DNA of 64,000 bases from Trichinella spiralis. Lineage: Eukaryota. The notes beneath the pieces are model-generated. The model had not been told where the DNA came from, searched no databases, and worked only from the letters and a program-made list of their open reading frames with translations. The number at the start of each line of letters is the position of its first letter. Position 1 is the first letter of the stretch. Positions 27,016-40,898 of this stretch are shown piece after piece. Both the position numbers and the translations under genes were made by a program. The DNA lies in assembly GCF_000181795.1 (NCBI RefSeq), contig NW_003526940.1, positions 602,336-666,335 of the forward strand, given 5' to 3'.

Positions 27016-29401
27016 TCACTGGGCCATCTTTTCCAAAATTGGAATCACCTGGTCAAAGTTGGGTCGTTTGCCTGGTTCCTCGTTCAAACAAATTGATATC
27101 AGTCGGCTGGTGTTGCGTCCAATTCCGGGCGGGATGTTCACTCGAAGACCTTCAACGGCTATCTGCAGAAAAAAGGAAATATGAAATAAGCAACAAACAA
27201 ACAAACAAACAAACATGAAATTTGTTCATCAAATTTCTCTTCTACCACAACAAAAAAGTAAAAAATACTTTCCCAAATCTTACTTTCATTCCAATCTGCA
27301 TTGGTGACAAATCAGCAAACGGTACTTCTCTGGTGCACAATTCCCAAAGAATGATACCGAAACTCCACATGTCAGCTGCTTTGAAATTGATTTCATTGAA
27401 ACGCTTTTGCAACGCTGAAAAACATTTCCACAATATACATGAATAAATAAATAAATAATTAATTAATTGATTAAATAACCTTCCGGTGACATCCAAGCTG
27501 GTGAGTAGAGTCGATTTTTTTCTTGGAAAGAAAATTTCGTATCAGCCATATTCAACTTGGCGCACAGATCTTCGTCGATCACCACATGATCACTGTTCAA
27601 GTAGTAACGAGCGATTGGTGGATCCAACGAGTGCAAAAATGCCATTCCTCTGGCAATGTCGATTGCAAATTTCAACGCCTGAGCGTGATCTACTACAATG
27701 CCACTTTGTTCGTGCAAAATGTTATACAACGACCCAAACGGCATATACTGGGAAACGACCACCAGATTGGGCGGCTGATTGCAACAAGTCAGCACAGGAC
27801 AGACGTTGGGATGTGAAAAAATTCTAAAAAGGCCAGCCAAATCAAAATATCAAAAATATTCATAATTCATCATTTTAACCTCAAACGGGGGTATTCTTCT
27901 TGGAAATCGCGCGATTTCCGAGGCGTCACTTCACGCAAGTTCAAAATCCGTGCCACAATTTCGTTACCTTGCCAAGTGCCACGCCAAAGCTTAACAAAAA
28001 AAATTAATCAGTAAACAAACAAACACCATCCTCCAACAGAAAAAAAAACATGGAAGAGTGAAACAAGCAAGCAACGTACTTCTCCAGTGGGACCGTCAGA
28101 AATTTTGATCTGCAACTGAAGCTGGGCAATATCGACTCCAGAATAACGTGAAAGCGTAGCATCACGACTTCTCGTTTTCGTGCCCTTCCAACTCTGATCA
28201 CGATACGGAAGTCGATAATTCAAATCTTGTCCACAATTGACCGCAGTTTCTAAATTCACAGTCAACAATTAATGCACACAAAGCGAACAGCTAAATTGTA
28301 CAAATACGAGTCAAAGTTCACCAATTACCGCAAATGTGCTTAGCGATGTTACTTCTGCATTTGTCAACCGGCGTATCTCCGTATTTGTTGCAAATGCCCA
28401 CCGACGCTCCATGACGAATCAAATCCTGAATCAAAGCGATTTAATTTAATAAACAACAACAATGCAATTTGGATAAAATAATTATTCGAATAAGCAAAAA
28501 AAACAGTTCACAAAAGCAAGAAAAAAAAAGCATTTTATACAAAACTAAAATTAAAAAAATAACTCAGTCTAATTTATAATTCAAAAAGTTTTTGAAACAA
28601 ACATTTTGAAGAATTTAAAATAACTTTAAACTTACAAATAAAAGTATGAATGATCGGATAAAAAAAACAAATTATTTTTTTATCAATTGAAATTGATTAT
28701 TCGGTAAATGGTGGTAAACAGAAAATTATCGAATTTGTATTTTGCACTACGAATGAAAACAGTCATGTCGGTGGAATGAAATTTGGCGAAAAGTAAATGC
28801 AAAACTTCTTATTCAATATCAAGTTTTCGTTTAATGAATGTGAATAATAAAAGCAAGTGCAGTTGCTGTGTTACTTCGGCTATTGCTTCATAACCCCAGA
28901 AACAAGCGTAATGCAACGGCGTGTTGCCATGTTCATTCACAGCGTTAACATCTGCTTTGTGGGCAAGCAACTGAAAGCAGTTTGAAAATGAAACGGCCAA
29001 GCCGAAATGGAACAAACAAACAAAATCAGCATTACTCGATGTACAATGTCACGGTGGCCATGAGCGCTTGCCAAGTGCAAAGCAGTATCGTCGCCAATGT
29101 TGGTGGCGTTGATTCGAGCTCCTCGGACCAACAGCATGTCCACAATGTTCATGTGACCGCCCTTGGCCGCCCAATGAAGCAACGAAAATCCATGGTCATC
29201 GCTGAAAACAGAAAAGAAAAAACCCCCCAAACAATTGTATTGTTTCACCTGTTGTGTCCGTTTCAAAATTTACCCAAGATTTAAATCATGTTCGACGTCA
29301 TCAAGCCACACTCGCACTTGGAAGGCGTTTCCTTCGCGAACCCAACCGAACACATCTTCCAAAATTATTGGAACATTCGGTTTAGACAGTGTCAGTGTCA
29401 T
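27016..29401 (-). CDS. pat-4: Integrin-linked kinase (ankyrin repeats plus pseudokinase), multi-exon
   Basis: [82 protein letters not shown]. Confidence 0.97.
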
Positions 29402-31703
29402 TTTTTCACTCAACGAGATAAAGATTTCAGTTTAAAATAACAGATAAATGCTGCAGCGACCCATCCCAATATCATTTTCCACACACGCCTTTGCAAGAAA
29501 AATGCAACATCCTACAGTAAGAATATCATGACGATTAAGTGTTTTCTTACTGTAGTACTGGGGGAAATTGTGTAAATTAATTTACAATTTGAATCTTTTC
29601 ATTTATAAAATGTCCAATATTGAACCGATGTTTCGCATAAAAACTTAATTCTGATAAATAATTTTTATAGTAAAACTGTCATTACTCTGCACAATTTTTT
29701 TCAATAAAATGAAAATATATTTTAGTGAAATGTAATTTTTTTAAAAAAAAATTTTTTCTACAATTTCAAAGCGTTGCGTTGTTTGTTTTGAACAAGTTGA
29801 ATTTCAAAGTGAAATGTAAAATTAACCAATGTTTGTTTAACTCTTTGAAATAGAAGCAGAGATTAGAAATTTTCAAGGAATTTTCATTCATTCACAAGAG
29901 ACAAGTTCTTCTTCTTCTTCTTCTTCGTGTGCAGTAGTTTTAAGTTGATTGCTATTCAAAAATGTTGCTTACGAAGCGGCTGTTCATTTTTCCAATTGAT
30001 CAAACATGCCAGCTGTTCAAATTTTCAACAAACATCAAGCTAATCGCCCATTTGAGCTTGCTAGCTAACTATAGCTATTTCTCTCTCTCTCTCTCTCTAT
30101 GATAACGGCAACGAAGCGAAAAGTAGCGATTGATAAACAACACATCTTCTACACTGACTTGAATGAAAAGCTGTCACAACTTTATCTCAAACAAATTGAC
30201 AACTAATATTTATATCTTTATTTTGAATAATATTTCAAATGTTTTCTTTTTTAATTAAATTTTTTCAATTCTTACCTATCCATGAATGAATAAATTAATA
30301 TCTGTTGTTGTTATTCAGATGATTTTTTTTTCAAATTTTTTGTTTGCATTTAAATATCACTTTCCCATTTATTTCTTCCAGTCAAGCGTTGAAATATTTT
30401 TCAAATATTTACACACGCAATATGACCGACCACTTTTCGTTGCTTTTCAATGGAAAACAGAAAAAAACTTTAAACAGATGAGCTAGCTGCCTTTAAACGA
30501 ATGGAAAAAAAAACAGAGATTATACTTTATTTTTGCAATATATGTAACGTAACCGTTGAAAAATTATATTATTTTCGGAAAAATAATAAATATCCAACAA
30601 TCTCAAATTGGTGAAACTTCACGCCCACATACTTTACTTTCAATTTTATAATTGCAAACATTTTTTAATTGAAAATATTTTTTAACAATCAGTGAATAAA
30701 TAATATTCGTTTTAAAATATCATTAACAACTAATTCTTTTCTATTCAATCCAATGCGTTCTTTTTCATTTGTCAATTTGTCATTTAAAAATAATTCAGCC
30801 AGATATTAAAAAAAATGTTCCACAGTGCACACAGTAAATAACATCCACCATGTTTTATTATTACTAATTGTTATTGTTCATAATTATGAACATCGATGAT
30901 ATATACTACACTGGACTATACCATAACTGAACAGTGTTCACATGAAAAGGTTCCTCTCTTCTGGGATCAGATTTTCTTTAAAATGAAAACATAAAAACTT
31001 TTTCTGAATCATAGGGAAAAGCTTTGAAAAATAAGAAAAAATAACGGAAAAAGGAAAACGGAATATGGATATTTATAATATATAGTGTTGGTCTTCGCAA
31101 GAGGAGCAGAATGGGTTTGGATTGGAACAATGTTTGTGACGAAACGAGTCGAAAAAGGACATAAAAGAAAAATATATGCGGACAACAGCAATGCAAATTC
31201 AGCACCTCTAAAATAAGTAGGGGAAAGGATTGAGTTGAAAAGAAAAGCCAAAAGAATATAAGATACAATATAAATGAACAATAGTAATCAGAGGGTTGTT
31301 GTTGTTGGTTTTGTTTTCACGGTGAATAAGAATAGGCGCCTTTTTTTCTTAATATCAAAATAAAACAACTAATAATCGTGTAACATAATAAAATATAATA
31401 TAATAATACAACGCCTTGGGGATAATGGAATTCAGACGGTTCGAAAATAACAACAAGAAACAAGCAATCGAGTAAATTATATTATTATTATTCTCTTTTG
31501 ATCAGCATGCATGATTTCCAAAAAGCTATGTCATTATTCATCTGCGTTTAGTAGTAGTAGTAGTAGTATATATATAATGTGTGCGTAGGTAGAAACAATC
31601 AAAAAAGCCAGTTGTATAATAATAACTATTATTATATAAGGTGATCAAAAAAATAGTACAAATATAAAAATGAGGAACTGCTAACAAATCAATTCATTTC
31701 AAT

Positions 31704-34700
31704 TCAAAGAGGTTTCGTAAAATTGACCGGAAATACTCCACGCTGACCAGTAGTTTCCAGAACACCCATCAGCCAACCTTCGTCCTGAATTGATAACAAC
31801 AACAACAACATTACGTGTGTAAATGAATTATAAAATTTAAAAACAATTCAACTATATTAACCTGATCTTCGGGATTTTCGTAGGGCACTACTAGAATCAC
31901 TTCGCCAGCTTCGAAACTCAACTCATCCGTATCCTCAGCAGTGTACCGATGTGACGCACGCACTTTGTACAGTACATCATGGACAGTGGTCGAATTCGCC
32001 TTGACCGTTTCTCCGTTGTTCTCTTTTACATTTCCATTTTCAGTCACAGGCGTTGACTTGGAACTTTCGTCCGTTTCATTAGCGAATGGATTATTTTCAT
32101 CCGAATCCCCTCTGGTGTCCTGAGAAGAATACAAAAATAAACAATTTCACACTGATCCAATTAATATTAATAATAATATTTTCATTTATTTTGATTTGTT
32201 TTTGATCACTTTCAACGTTGTTGTCTTCTTCACTGTCGGTGAATTGGCCAACAATTTGGAATCATCGCTCGTCAACGATGCAACTTCGTTGTTCACTTCA
32301 GCTGCTGGTGTTGTAGATCTATTCAACAATGAACATCGACTGTTCAAGTCGTCGGTGTGATTCAGCGAATGAGAAACTACTGAAATAAATAATATTAAAT
32401 AAATTGCCAATTAAACAAACAGACAAACAAATAACATACCGTTAAATTTTGGAGTGATCATATCACGTATTTCCGTGAGCAACTAGAATAAACATCAAAA
32501 AGCAGTAGAATAATATTTGATAAGATAGATAAATTATATATATATACATATTTTTCTTTTTAATTAAAACTTACTTACCTTAGCAGAATCACAGTGGAAA
32601 TTACATTCAGCCGAGAACATGGATTGCAAATTATTAACAAAAAATGTGTACCTCCTGTATAAATTGAAATGAATATCAAAAAGAATAATAAGCAAGCATT
32701 GTGTGCAATCAGCCAAAAAAAAATCACTTCCACCCACCCGTCATACAACACAGGCAACTCTTCGGAAAGCTCATTGTTGATGTCATCGTAGAGCTTTTTC
32801 GCAACAGCTAATTCTTGTTGAGCTTTTTGCACTTTCACGTCGTCCGGCTTCTTACCGTTGCCAACCACCGACTCATAGCTATGCCGTGCACTGTCGTAGT
32901 CGACCAATTTTCGACCTCGTTTGGCAATTTTCCCCTACAACCTCAAATTCGTATTGGAATATTTGTAAATTCAATTAATTAATTAATTACAAAAACCCCA
33001 AAAAGTGAATGAAGCAAAGAATAAGTATACCTTCAAATCGACAAACTGAGAACAATACGAATTCAACGGATTCAAAGCTTGATCAATCAATTTTTCACAA
33101 AATTCATCCCAGAGCAATTCAATTGACTAAACAGAAAGAAAATTGCATGAAATGAAATGAAATGAAATAAATATGAATAAAAATTTGATTAAGAAAAAAA
33201 ACACTCACGTGGCTAATCGCTCGAACGTGATCAGATCCAGTCCATTCAGAATCGTACACTTCTCGAACAGCTTCATAATATCCTCGGCTAGCTTGGGCGA
33301 GAGCTAGGGAAAAAGTCAATGAAAAATAAAAATCCATAATTATACACTGTAGGGGGAAAAACAACTTTTTTTTCTTCTATTCAAAAAATACCTTTCATGC
33401 ATGTAATGTAGTTGCGAAGTTCACGCTGCAAACGCTCGGCATTTTTCTACAAAAAAAGGGATTCACATTCTCATTATTATAAACATTCACAAGCAACTCG
33501 CAATGCAGTAGAGAATTTAATTTAAAAAATTACAATCAATCGATCGATCGATTTTCGCGAGTGAAAAAGAAGCAATTTAATAAATCAAGTTCTCATCAAT
33601 TTAATATTACAAAACACAATATACTGCCCCCGTCAAAGGTTTACCAAAAAAAGAAATAATTTAGTTCCTTTTCATGGGGTTTCCCAATTTTAAAATTTAA
33701 TCACATTCACCAGTTTGGTTTGGGGCATTTCGTTGGATCAATTTTGCAAATTCACTAAGCGAAAATGAAATTTACATTATCGCACATTACGTTTGCTGCT
33801 GCTTTACAAAAAACAAACATCCCGCATAAATTGTAACAAATCAAATCTAATCTAATCTAATCTAACTTTTCTTCTCCATTGAAACAGAATATGAATGTAT
33901 TTTTTTCACAGATAACTTCATTAAAAAGAAAAAAGCTGTTCCACCCCAATTCTCGTCATGCAGTTTTCATGATAAACACATCAAACAGTGTCAAATGATG
34001 CGAAACTATTATTGCAACACAGCCAGGTTAAATTGCAATCAACAACAATGATATATGATAATATTAGAATATTACTGTAGTAATATGATCAATTTCAACA
34101 ATTTGATAGAATAACCATCTCTGACACTGGTATGTTTGTTGTCTTTGTAACAAGTCGCAACTGTATTTTATTGCTACTTTGCATAAAAAGACCATCTCTA
34201 ATTTAGGATTCATTCTGAAACAATCAGCTTTTACAACTGTTGCCAACGATTCGAATCCAACACTAATTTTTTTCAGATATTCAATTCAGCTTTATTAAAA
34301 ACTAAATGTTTTTTCCTGCCTACTTTTTTTTGATGCATTGGCACATTATCACCCCAGAAAATCTTTCGCATTTTCACCACACTTCTCTTTATCATTTATA
34401 TGATCAGAAAAATCTTTTACTAACACAAAACCAACAACAACGTAAAAAATATAATACCAGTAATAAATATCATCTTATTTTTCACTTTGATGAAACACAA
34501 AAATCAAAAAAAGCTATTAAAACCAGATTGTAGAACAAAAATGCACCAAACATATCACTAGTTTGCTGCAGTGCTAAGCCGACATACGCAGCTTGGTATT
34601 ACGGTTAATTTGAATTTTTCTTTCATCTCGCATTTCACGAATTTACAATAAATAAATACATGTTGCATAATTTAAAAATTCAAAAAATTTTATCATGGAC

Positions 34701-35991
34701 TTTGTTGTTAAAATGAAACAATATTAAACACATACTTCAATTTTTATGATTGAATAAAAAATTTACAAAGAAAAAAATGGAACATTAATTCTCATCAATA
34801 ATAAGAAGCTTCATTGAAATTTTCAAACAATTTCATGAACAAAAGATGTTTCACGTTTAAATAAACATTATTGAAAAGGCTAATTAATTACATTTCACAC
34901 ATTCAAAATCGATCAGAAGAAGCAAAAAAAAAGAAGAAACATTATTGAAAACGAAGTCAAAAATATATTATCCTCCAAAATCAATAACATTCAAATTGAA
35001 TAGAATAGAATTACAAAGATATGAAAAAAATTATCAGCTTCATTATCACTTTGGATTAACAAAGAGTTGGTTATTTTTGCTGTTTTGGTTGTGATTTTTT
35101 GTGATGATAAATAAATTATACTGACAAAAATATTCACGCAAATTGTTCATCACGCAAATCATGCCTCTCTACTGAGTGTATTGGAACTGGCTTATTTTTC
35201 AAGCGGCGGTATGTCAATTTGACGGATTTGTTTCCGAAACGAACACGTGGCATTTGCTCATCTTTTGTCATAATTTTGATAACCTGACCAATCACGACCA
35301 CCAATGATCAAAATTTGGCCAAACAACAACAACAACAATAATTATGATTATGATAATACAAAATATTGGGAGAAAAAAAAATTAAAATTCACAAAGATCA
35401 ACGAAATATAAAAAACTACGGAAATGTAACAAAAATGCATGGACTTCGAGGTGGACAACTACTACTAACCAGAAATTGAATGTAGAACAGAAACCAGTCG
35501 AAAGTAGTGAAAAGAATGTCAATCATCCGCTGCCAAGTGCAGCAGCCGAAACTGCTGGGTTAATACAGTCATTCAAAACATGTGCAACAATCAAATACCG
35601 CAGCAAATTCTACATTTACAAAACTGATTAATCAAAATTCGACTTAGCAATTTTCGAATACTGATTTACTTTTGGAAAATCTCAATTTTTGATTCATTAA
35701 TAATTGATTAATAAAAAGAAAATATATTAATATTCAGTGATTATTTTACCTGTTGTTTGAAAAAATTGCTTGCATTTTCATCGAACGTTTCGTCCACCGT
35801 ACGATCCGCCTTGCCGAAACTTTCCAACAGCTATTGAATTATACAAGCAGAATTAGAATAATTAATTTAAAAGGCCAAAAAATAATTTCAAACAACAACA
35901 TTAGCAGAAGTTCGTTTTCTCAACGAGCTCTTACTTTCTCCTTGGCTCGGACAGTCTCTTTGCGAATATTTTTGAACAAATTTTCCGCCAT
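31704..35991 (-). CDS. amph-1: Amphiphysin/BIN1 (N-BAR plus SH3), multi-exon with a ~2.3-kb intron
   Basis: [51 protein letters not shown]3 [23 protein letters not shown]...DEGWLMG...[11 protein letters not shown]. Confidence 0.95.
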
Positions 35992-37141
35992 CTTGCCAAC
36001 AAATGGACGGCTGAAAGTGAAAATTGGACACTTTTAATTCAAACTCTATATATATACGCTACAAAACCGGCAGTCGCGATTTAAAACAGGCCGCAAACGG
36101 CGACAACAACCAACAACCCTATCACCGCTCTGATCGAACGAAAACAACAAAGCAGCACTTAATTGACCGACAAATTAAACGTCCACAAATTTGATAGAAA
36201 CAAATGCACGATACAAGCTCGCCAACGTACGCGTACAAACAAACGATGGAGGAAGAAAAAAAGAAGCAACCAAGCAAGCATGCAAAAATCATACACATGC
36301 CAAACTGGCGGTGGGTTGTGGCTTTTTTCTCGACGTGATTTATTGAAATGGTTAAAGTTAACACGCCAGTCGATGAGCAGAACACACTTGTGCAGGCTGT
36401 TCAACTCGACTGCACAGTTACAAATTACTCATCCACGCACGTCAACTGTACAAACCCGAAGCGTCATCTCGACCAGTTCGCAACATTACAGTAAACAACA
36501 ATTTGATAGTCAAGTTAGTTATCCCAATTTTCTGTTTCATTGCAATTATTTCAAATTATGTGAAACTATTTTGATGGTGTTTTTCTTTAAATTCATATCG
36601 GAATATCTCTAATTTATTTTCATTTTAATGATTTTACAAAAAAAACATTACTTTGCAACAGATTTGAAAATCAGAATACAACAAATTGATGAACAGAAAC
36701 ACTTTTTTAAAAATAATCAACATTTTTGTTTTGTTAAATAAGATAATAAAAAATGGTGTTTTCTTTAATAAAATTCTTCCAATGTGTCGCTGCGACATTG
36801 GAAATTAAAGTTTTCAAGAAAACATCAATCATTGGAAAAAAGATGAATCAAAAACAGCACTGATCGAATTTTATTGTATTGAATTCTTTCTTTGAACTGA
36901 TGAAAATTCAGATACGATTCATTCATTCAATATTTGGATTTGCATTTACAATCACAGGGAATTTCCCTCAGAAAAAGTGCAATGATTCACTTTGATCAAA
37001 CAACAACAATTGTTCGACTGTTTTTGTGTTTCAAAATTGCACAACAATACTGGAATTTGTAGAAAATTATTAATTCGACACAAAAAGTTTATCAACGTAA
37101 AAAAGCAAAATTTCCACCATTATTTATGGATGGATAATTTT

Positions 37142-39198
37142 TTACCAACGTCGCACTGCTTGAGTTATTTCATCGAGTAGACGCATCAGTTGAGGTTTTT
37201 GTAAAGTATAATAAAATTCTTCAAAAGGGTGCAGACCTAAAAAGAAAAAAAACAAAACAAAACAGTTGCACAATTATACAACAAGTAATTTATATGAAAT
37301 ATTCAAATGTATTAGAATTTTTTTCAAACCGTATAACATTCGACCAAGTGCAGCAGTAGTGGACGTCGGATTGGTGAAATCAGTTTTTCCCAACCATTTC
37401 CTAGGATCACCGCTTGAATAAATAAGAAAAACATTATCAATCTAAAAAATAATATAAAAATTCATATTTTATTCAATTGAAATATGAAACGGTCGAAGCA
37501 TGGACCTCGACAAATTGACCACCGTATTCGAGATTTGATCTGGCGATATTTTTCAGCACCATTTCGTCAGACAATTGGAAAACATTTTTACAAAACACAT
37601 TCACATAATGTCTAAACTGCATTTTCATTATCAAATCAGTAAGAGGAAATTAAGGAATTAAAATTACTGTTGGAACAAAGTTTCCGAGAGGAAACTTATT
37701 TTCTCGGACAATGTATAAAACTTTCCATATTCTGTACATTGTAAATAAATCCACTGACGACCTTAAAATGAAAATCAAGAAAAGAAATTAATTTGAAAAA
37801 TTTTCCCCATCTACCATCTTCCAAAATATTCAAATTAGACCAATTTGTTTCTTTGAATTGATCGGCAATTTCACCTCCGGTCGACCAGAGACATTTCGTC
37901 TTCACCAATGTCGATAGACGCTGCAACGGCGATGACAGTTGATCGTTTGTCATCGTTGTGCAGATGCGTTGAATTAGCTGAAATGATAATTTAATTTTGC
38001 CATAATTGAAAAATTGCAAAAAGAAAACCAACTTCAGCATCGTCGTAAATGATGTGGTCGTCGACAAACAAAGCCTCCACCAGTTGTTGAAAAAGGGCAT
38101 ACTTTTCTGGCAGTTTTTTCGTGCAAAATCTACAGTATGATTGTAATGGACATTTAAACGAATTGAAACAAAAAAAAAATAAAAACAAGCCATCCCACTT
38201 GAAGTGAAATTTTATCCGTGGGAAATTTCGTTCTTCGAACAAAAGAGACAATTGCGCGAACGAGTCTCGCAAAGCTCGGGCACAGTTGGGTCGGATGTTG
38301 TCGAGCCGTTCGAAAATACCGTCTACGAGACGGCCAAATCCGAGAGTAGTTTCCAAGGGTGCGCCGCTGGCAATGGCGCCGTCGCACAGATGCGGATATT
38401 TCAGACGAAACCAAATTGCCAAATTGCCCCCATGGGCAGTGCCGACGACCACCGTTTTACCGCTATCCGGATATTTGGAACGCAAACTGTGCACCAAATG
38501 TGCCAAATCTGCCAGCACCTCTTCAACGGACAAGTATTTCAAATTGTCCACCGATGCCGATCTGAACACAATCTATCCGAATGGCAACTTCAATTTTTGC
38601 CTTTGAAAACAGTTTTCAAATTACCCGGTTGGCTTGTTAATGCCGAAAAATCTGGGAACAAACGTCACAACAACCGCGTTCAGTTGTTTCGAAATTTCTG
38701 ACAATAATCCTAGAAATTTTCCACAACATGAATTATATAGTTTGATTTTTGCGTTTTTTTTCGTTCGAACGTTCAACGTCATCAATTTACCAGCAGAATA
38801 AGTGCAACTCGGTACTGATGGAGAATCACGACTTTGAATATAAACAACCACTGCCCCGCCCTTTTGATGATGCAAATCACAAACTGTGGACGACTGCGAA
38901 GAAAATTGAATTGAAAAATTTGAAAAACTAAAAAAAAAATTCTTACCTGATTCCAAGTTTGGTTTATTGTAGAATCGAAGTGAGACAATCGTTGCAACAG
39001 AACAAACTGAAAAGTTCCCTTTGAAATTGAATTATTATTATTCATATTCGACAACAGAGTCTCAACTGTTGAAACGCTCGTGATTTTCCAATTGAACAGT
39101 TGTAAAACAACAATCCAAAATTTGATGTTCAACATTTTCCGAACAACAAAACCAAAAAAAAATCTCAACATTTCAACAGTCATACTGTATTTACTCAT
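37142..39198 (-). CDS. Serine carboxypeptidase family S28 (prolylcarboxypeptidase-like), probably secreted; nucleophile Ser replaced by Ala
   Basis: QRLSHFD..NQTWNQ, NLKYLSVEEVLADLA, GTAHGGNLAIWFRLKYPHLCDGAIASGAP, DNVFLIYSSGDP. Start uncertain (39198 or 39135). Confidence 0.85.
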
Positions 39199-39421
39199 TT
39201 GTCGCCGTTTTTATCTTGGATCATTTTTCAATCATCATTATCTTCTCTGTTTGCGCAGAACAATTGTTGCTTCACTGAACTGATAATACCAAAATCAAAT
39301 AAATAAGAAACAGAATTGATTTTATGGACAAAACTCAGTTGCCAGTAATAATAAATATTGCCGACACCAAATTTCAGACAATTTTCAAAAAAAGAAAAAG
39401 AAAACAAATAACAGTCATTTA

Positions 39422-40704
39422 TCAAATGTGAAATAATTGATCGACAATATTCAACAACTTTTTCTGAACTGCTTCGTAAGCGACAAACAGAGCACCGCTG
39501 GCGATCGACGTGCGCACCAGAGCAGGTGCCAGGCCTGCGTACAGACCACGGATGCCTTCAACAACAAGCGAAAGTGAAATAATTAATTGTCAATGAAAAA
39601 AAATATGGATATATATTCGATCAAACTCACCTGAAGTTTGCAATATTGTTAAGAACATCCTGTAAAACGAGCCATGGCCTTGGACTTGGATTTTCGATTT
39701 GATCACATCTGCCGGAAAAATGGACAACCAAAATGCGATGCCAGCTAAACCGCCGCATACGCAAGTTCTCATCACGCCTGAGATGTATTTATTTATTTGT
39801 TCGTTTATTTGTAAAAACTGAAATTCTATTCACAATACCGAGATTGTTTTTGTCACCATTTTCAGGAGTGAGCATGTGTCGACTGGCTTCGTAAGCGCCG
39901 AAGAAGAAGAAATAACCAGGAATTTCACGAATCAACGTCGGCGACAAACCTTTGAATAATCCAACAAAACCTTCTTGTCTGACAATCTGCCTGGTCAGCA
40001 GTGTCGGTCCTCTGTAAATTGCAACAAAGAATCAATTACGAACACAATCACTCATTATTATTATTATTATTGCTTACATGCTTGTCATTCGGCTTCCGTC
40101 GACATGGCCGGACGTTTCACGCATCGCCTGCAGACGACATTTCACCAATTCGGTGGGGCAGAGAACCAGAGAAGCGAATACCGCTGCCAGTGAACCGGCG
40201 CAGGCATTTTCCAAAGGGTTCAATTGACCACGTTCGGATTTGTCGACCACAGCGGCCACCGCCTTCTGGCAGGCACCGTACGCGGCGAACAGAACCGAAT
40301 TTTCCGCCACGTTCGCCACCAACGCCGGCACTGTACCTGCGAATCAAAAACTCGAAAAACGATCAAAACTCCAATTCGACAAACCAACCGGCGTAAAGGC
40401 CTCGCAGTTGATCCTGTCGGAACGTTTTCAACAGACAACCGACACTGCTTCGGTACAAATTCGGATAGCTCTGCATTTTAACTTTTACCGTATCCAACGG
40501 TTGCCCCGAGTAGACCGCTGCGATGCCACCTGCGCATCAGATTTTTTAAAATATTTCAAACCAACTGTTTCAACAACTTCAACTCCGCATACCGGCAGTG
40601 CCGGCCAAGAAATCGACCAAGCCGTCGACGACGTGCCTGAAGCCGACCGATTTCGGTTGCAAATCGCGCAAAATTTCCACCTCAACACCACTTTCCGATC
40701 CCAT
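39422..40704 (-). CDS. SLC25A15: Mitochondrial ornithine carrier (SLC25A15/ORNT-like)
   Basis: DFLAGTAG, GQPLDTVKVKMQ, PALVANVAENSVLFAAYG, LCPTELVKCRLQ, REIPGYFFFFGAYE, IFPADVIKSKIQ: three carrier repeats. Confidence 0.92.
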
Positions 40705-40898
40705 GGACAACAACAACAAACAGCAAAGAACAAGAAAAATAAATAATTGATATATTTACAAAAAAAAACAACGCAGAAAATAATGAACACAATATGCGAT
40801 CTCATCGCTGGCATGAAAACAACAACAGAAACACAGCAAAATTTATTTGCATGAGATAGTTTTTACTTGTAGATATTTAATTCAAAAAAAACACATCA

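Noticed and set aside
34064..34533. Small ORFs within the amphiphysin intron
   Set aside because: No domain similarity or convincing splice and start context.
38204..40814. Several long antisense or alternative-frame ORFs over the peptidase and carrier genes
   Set aside because: Shadow ORFs caused by locally higher GC content.
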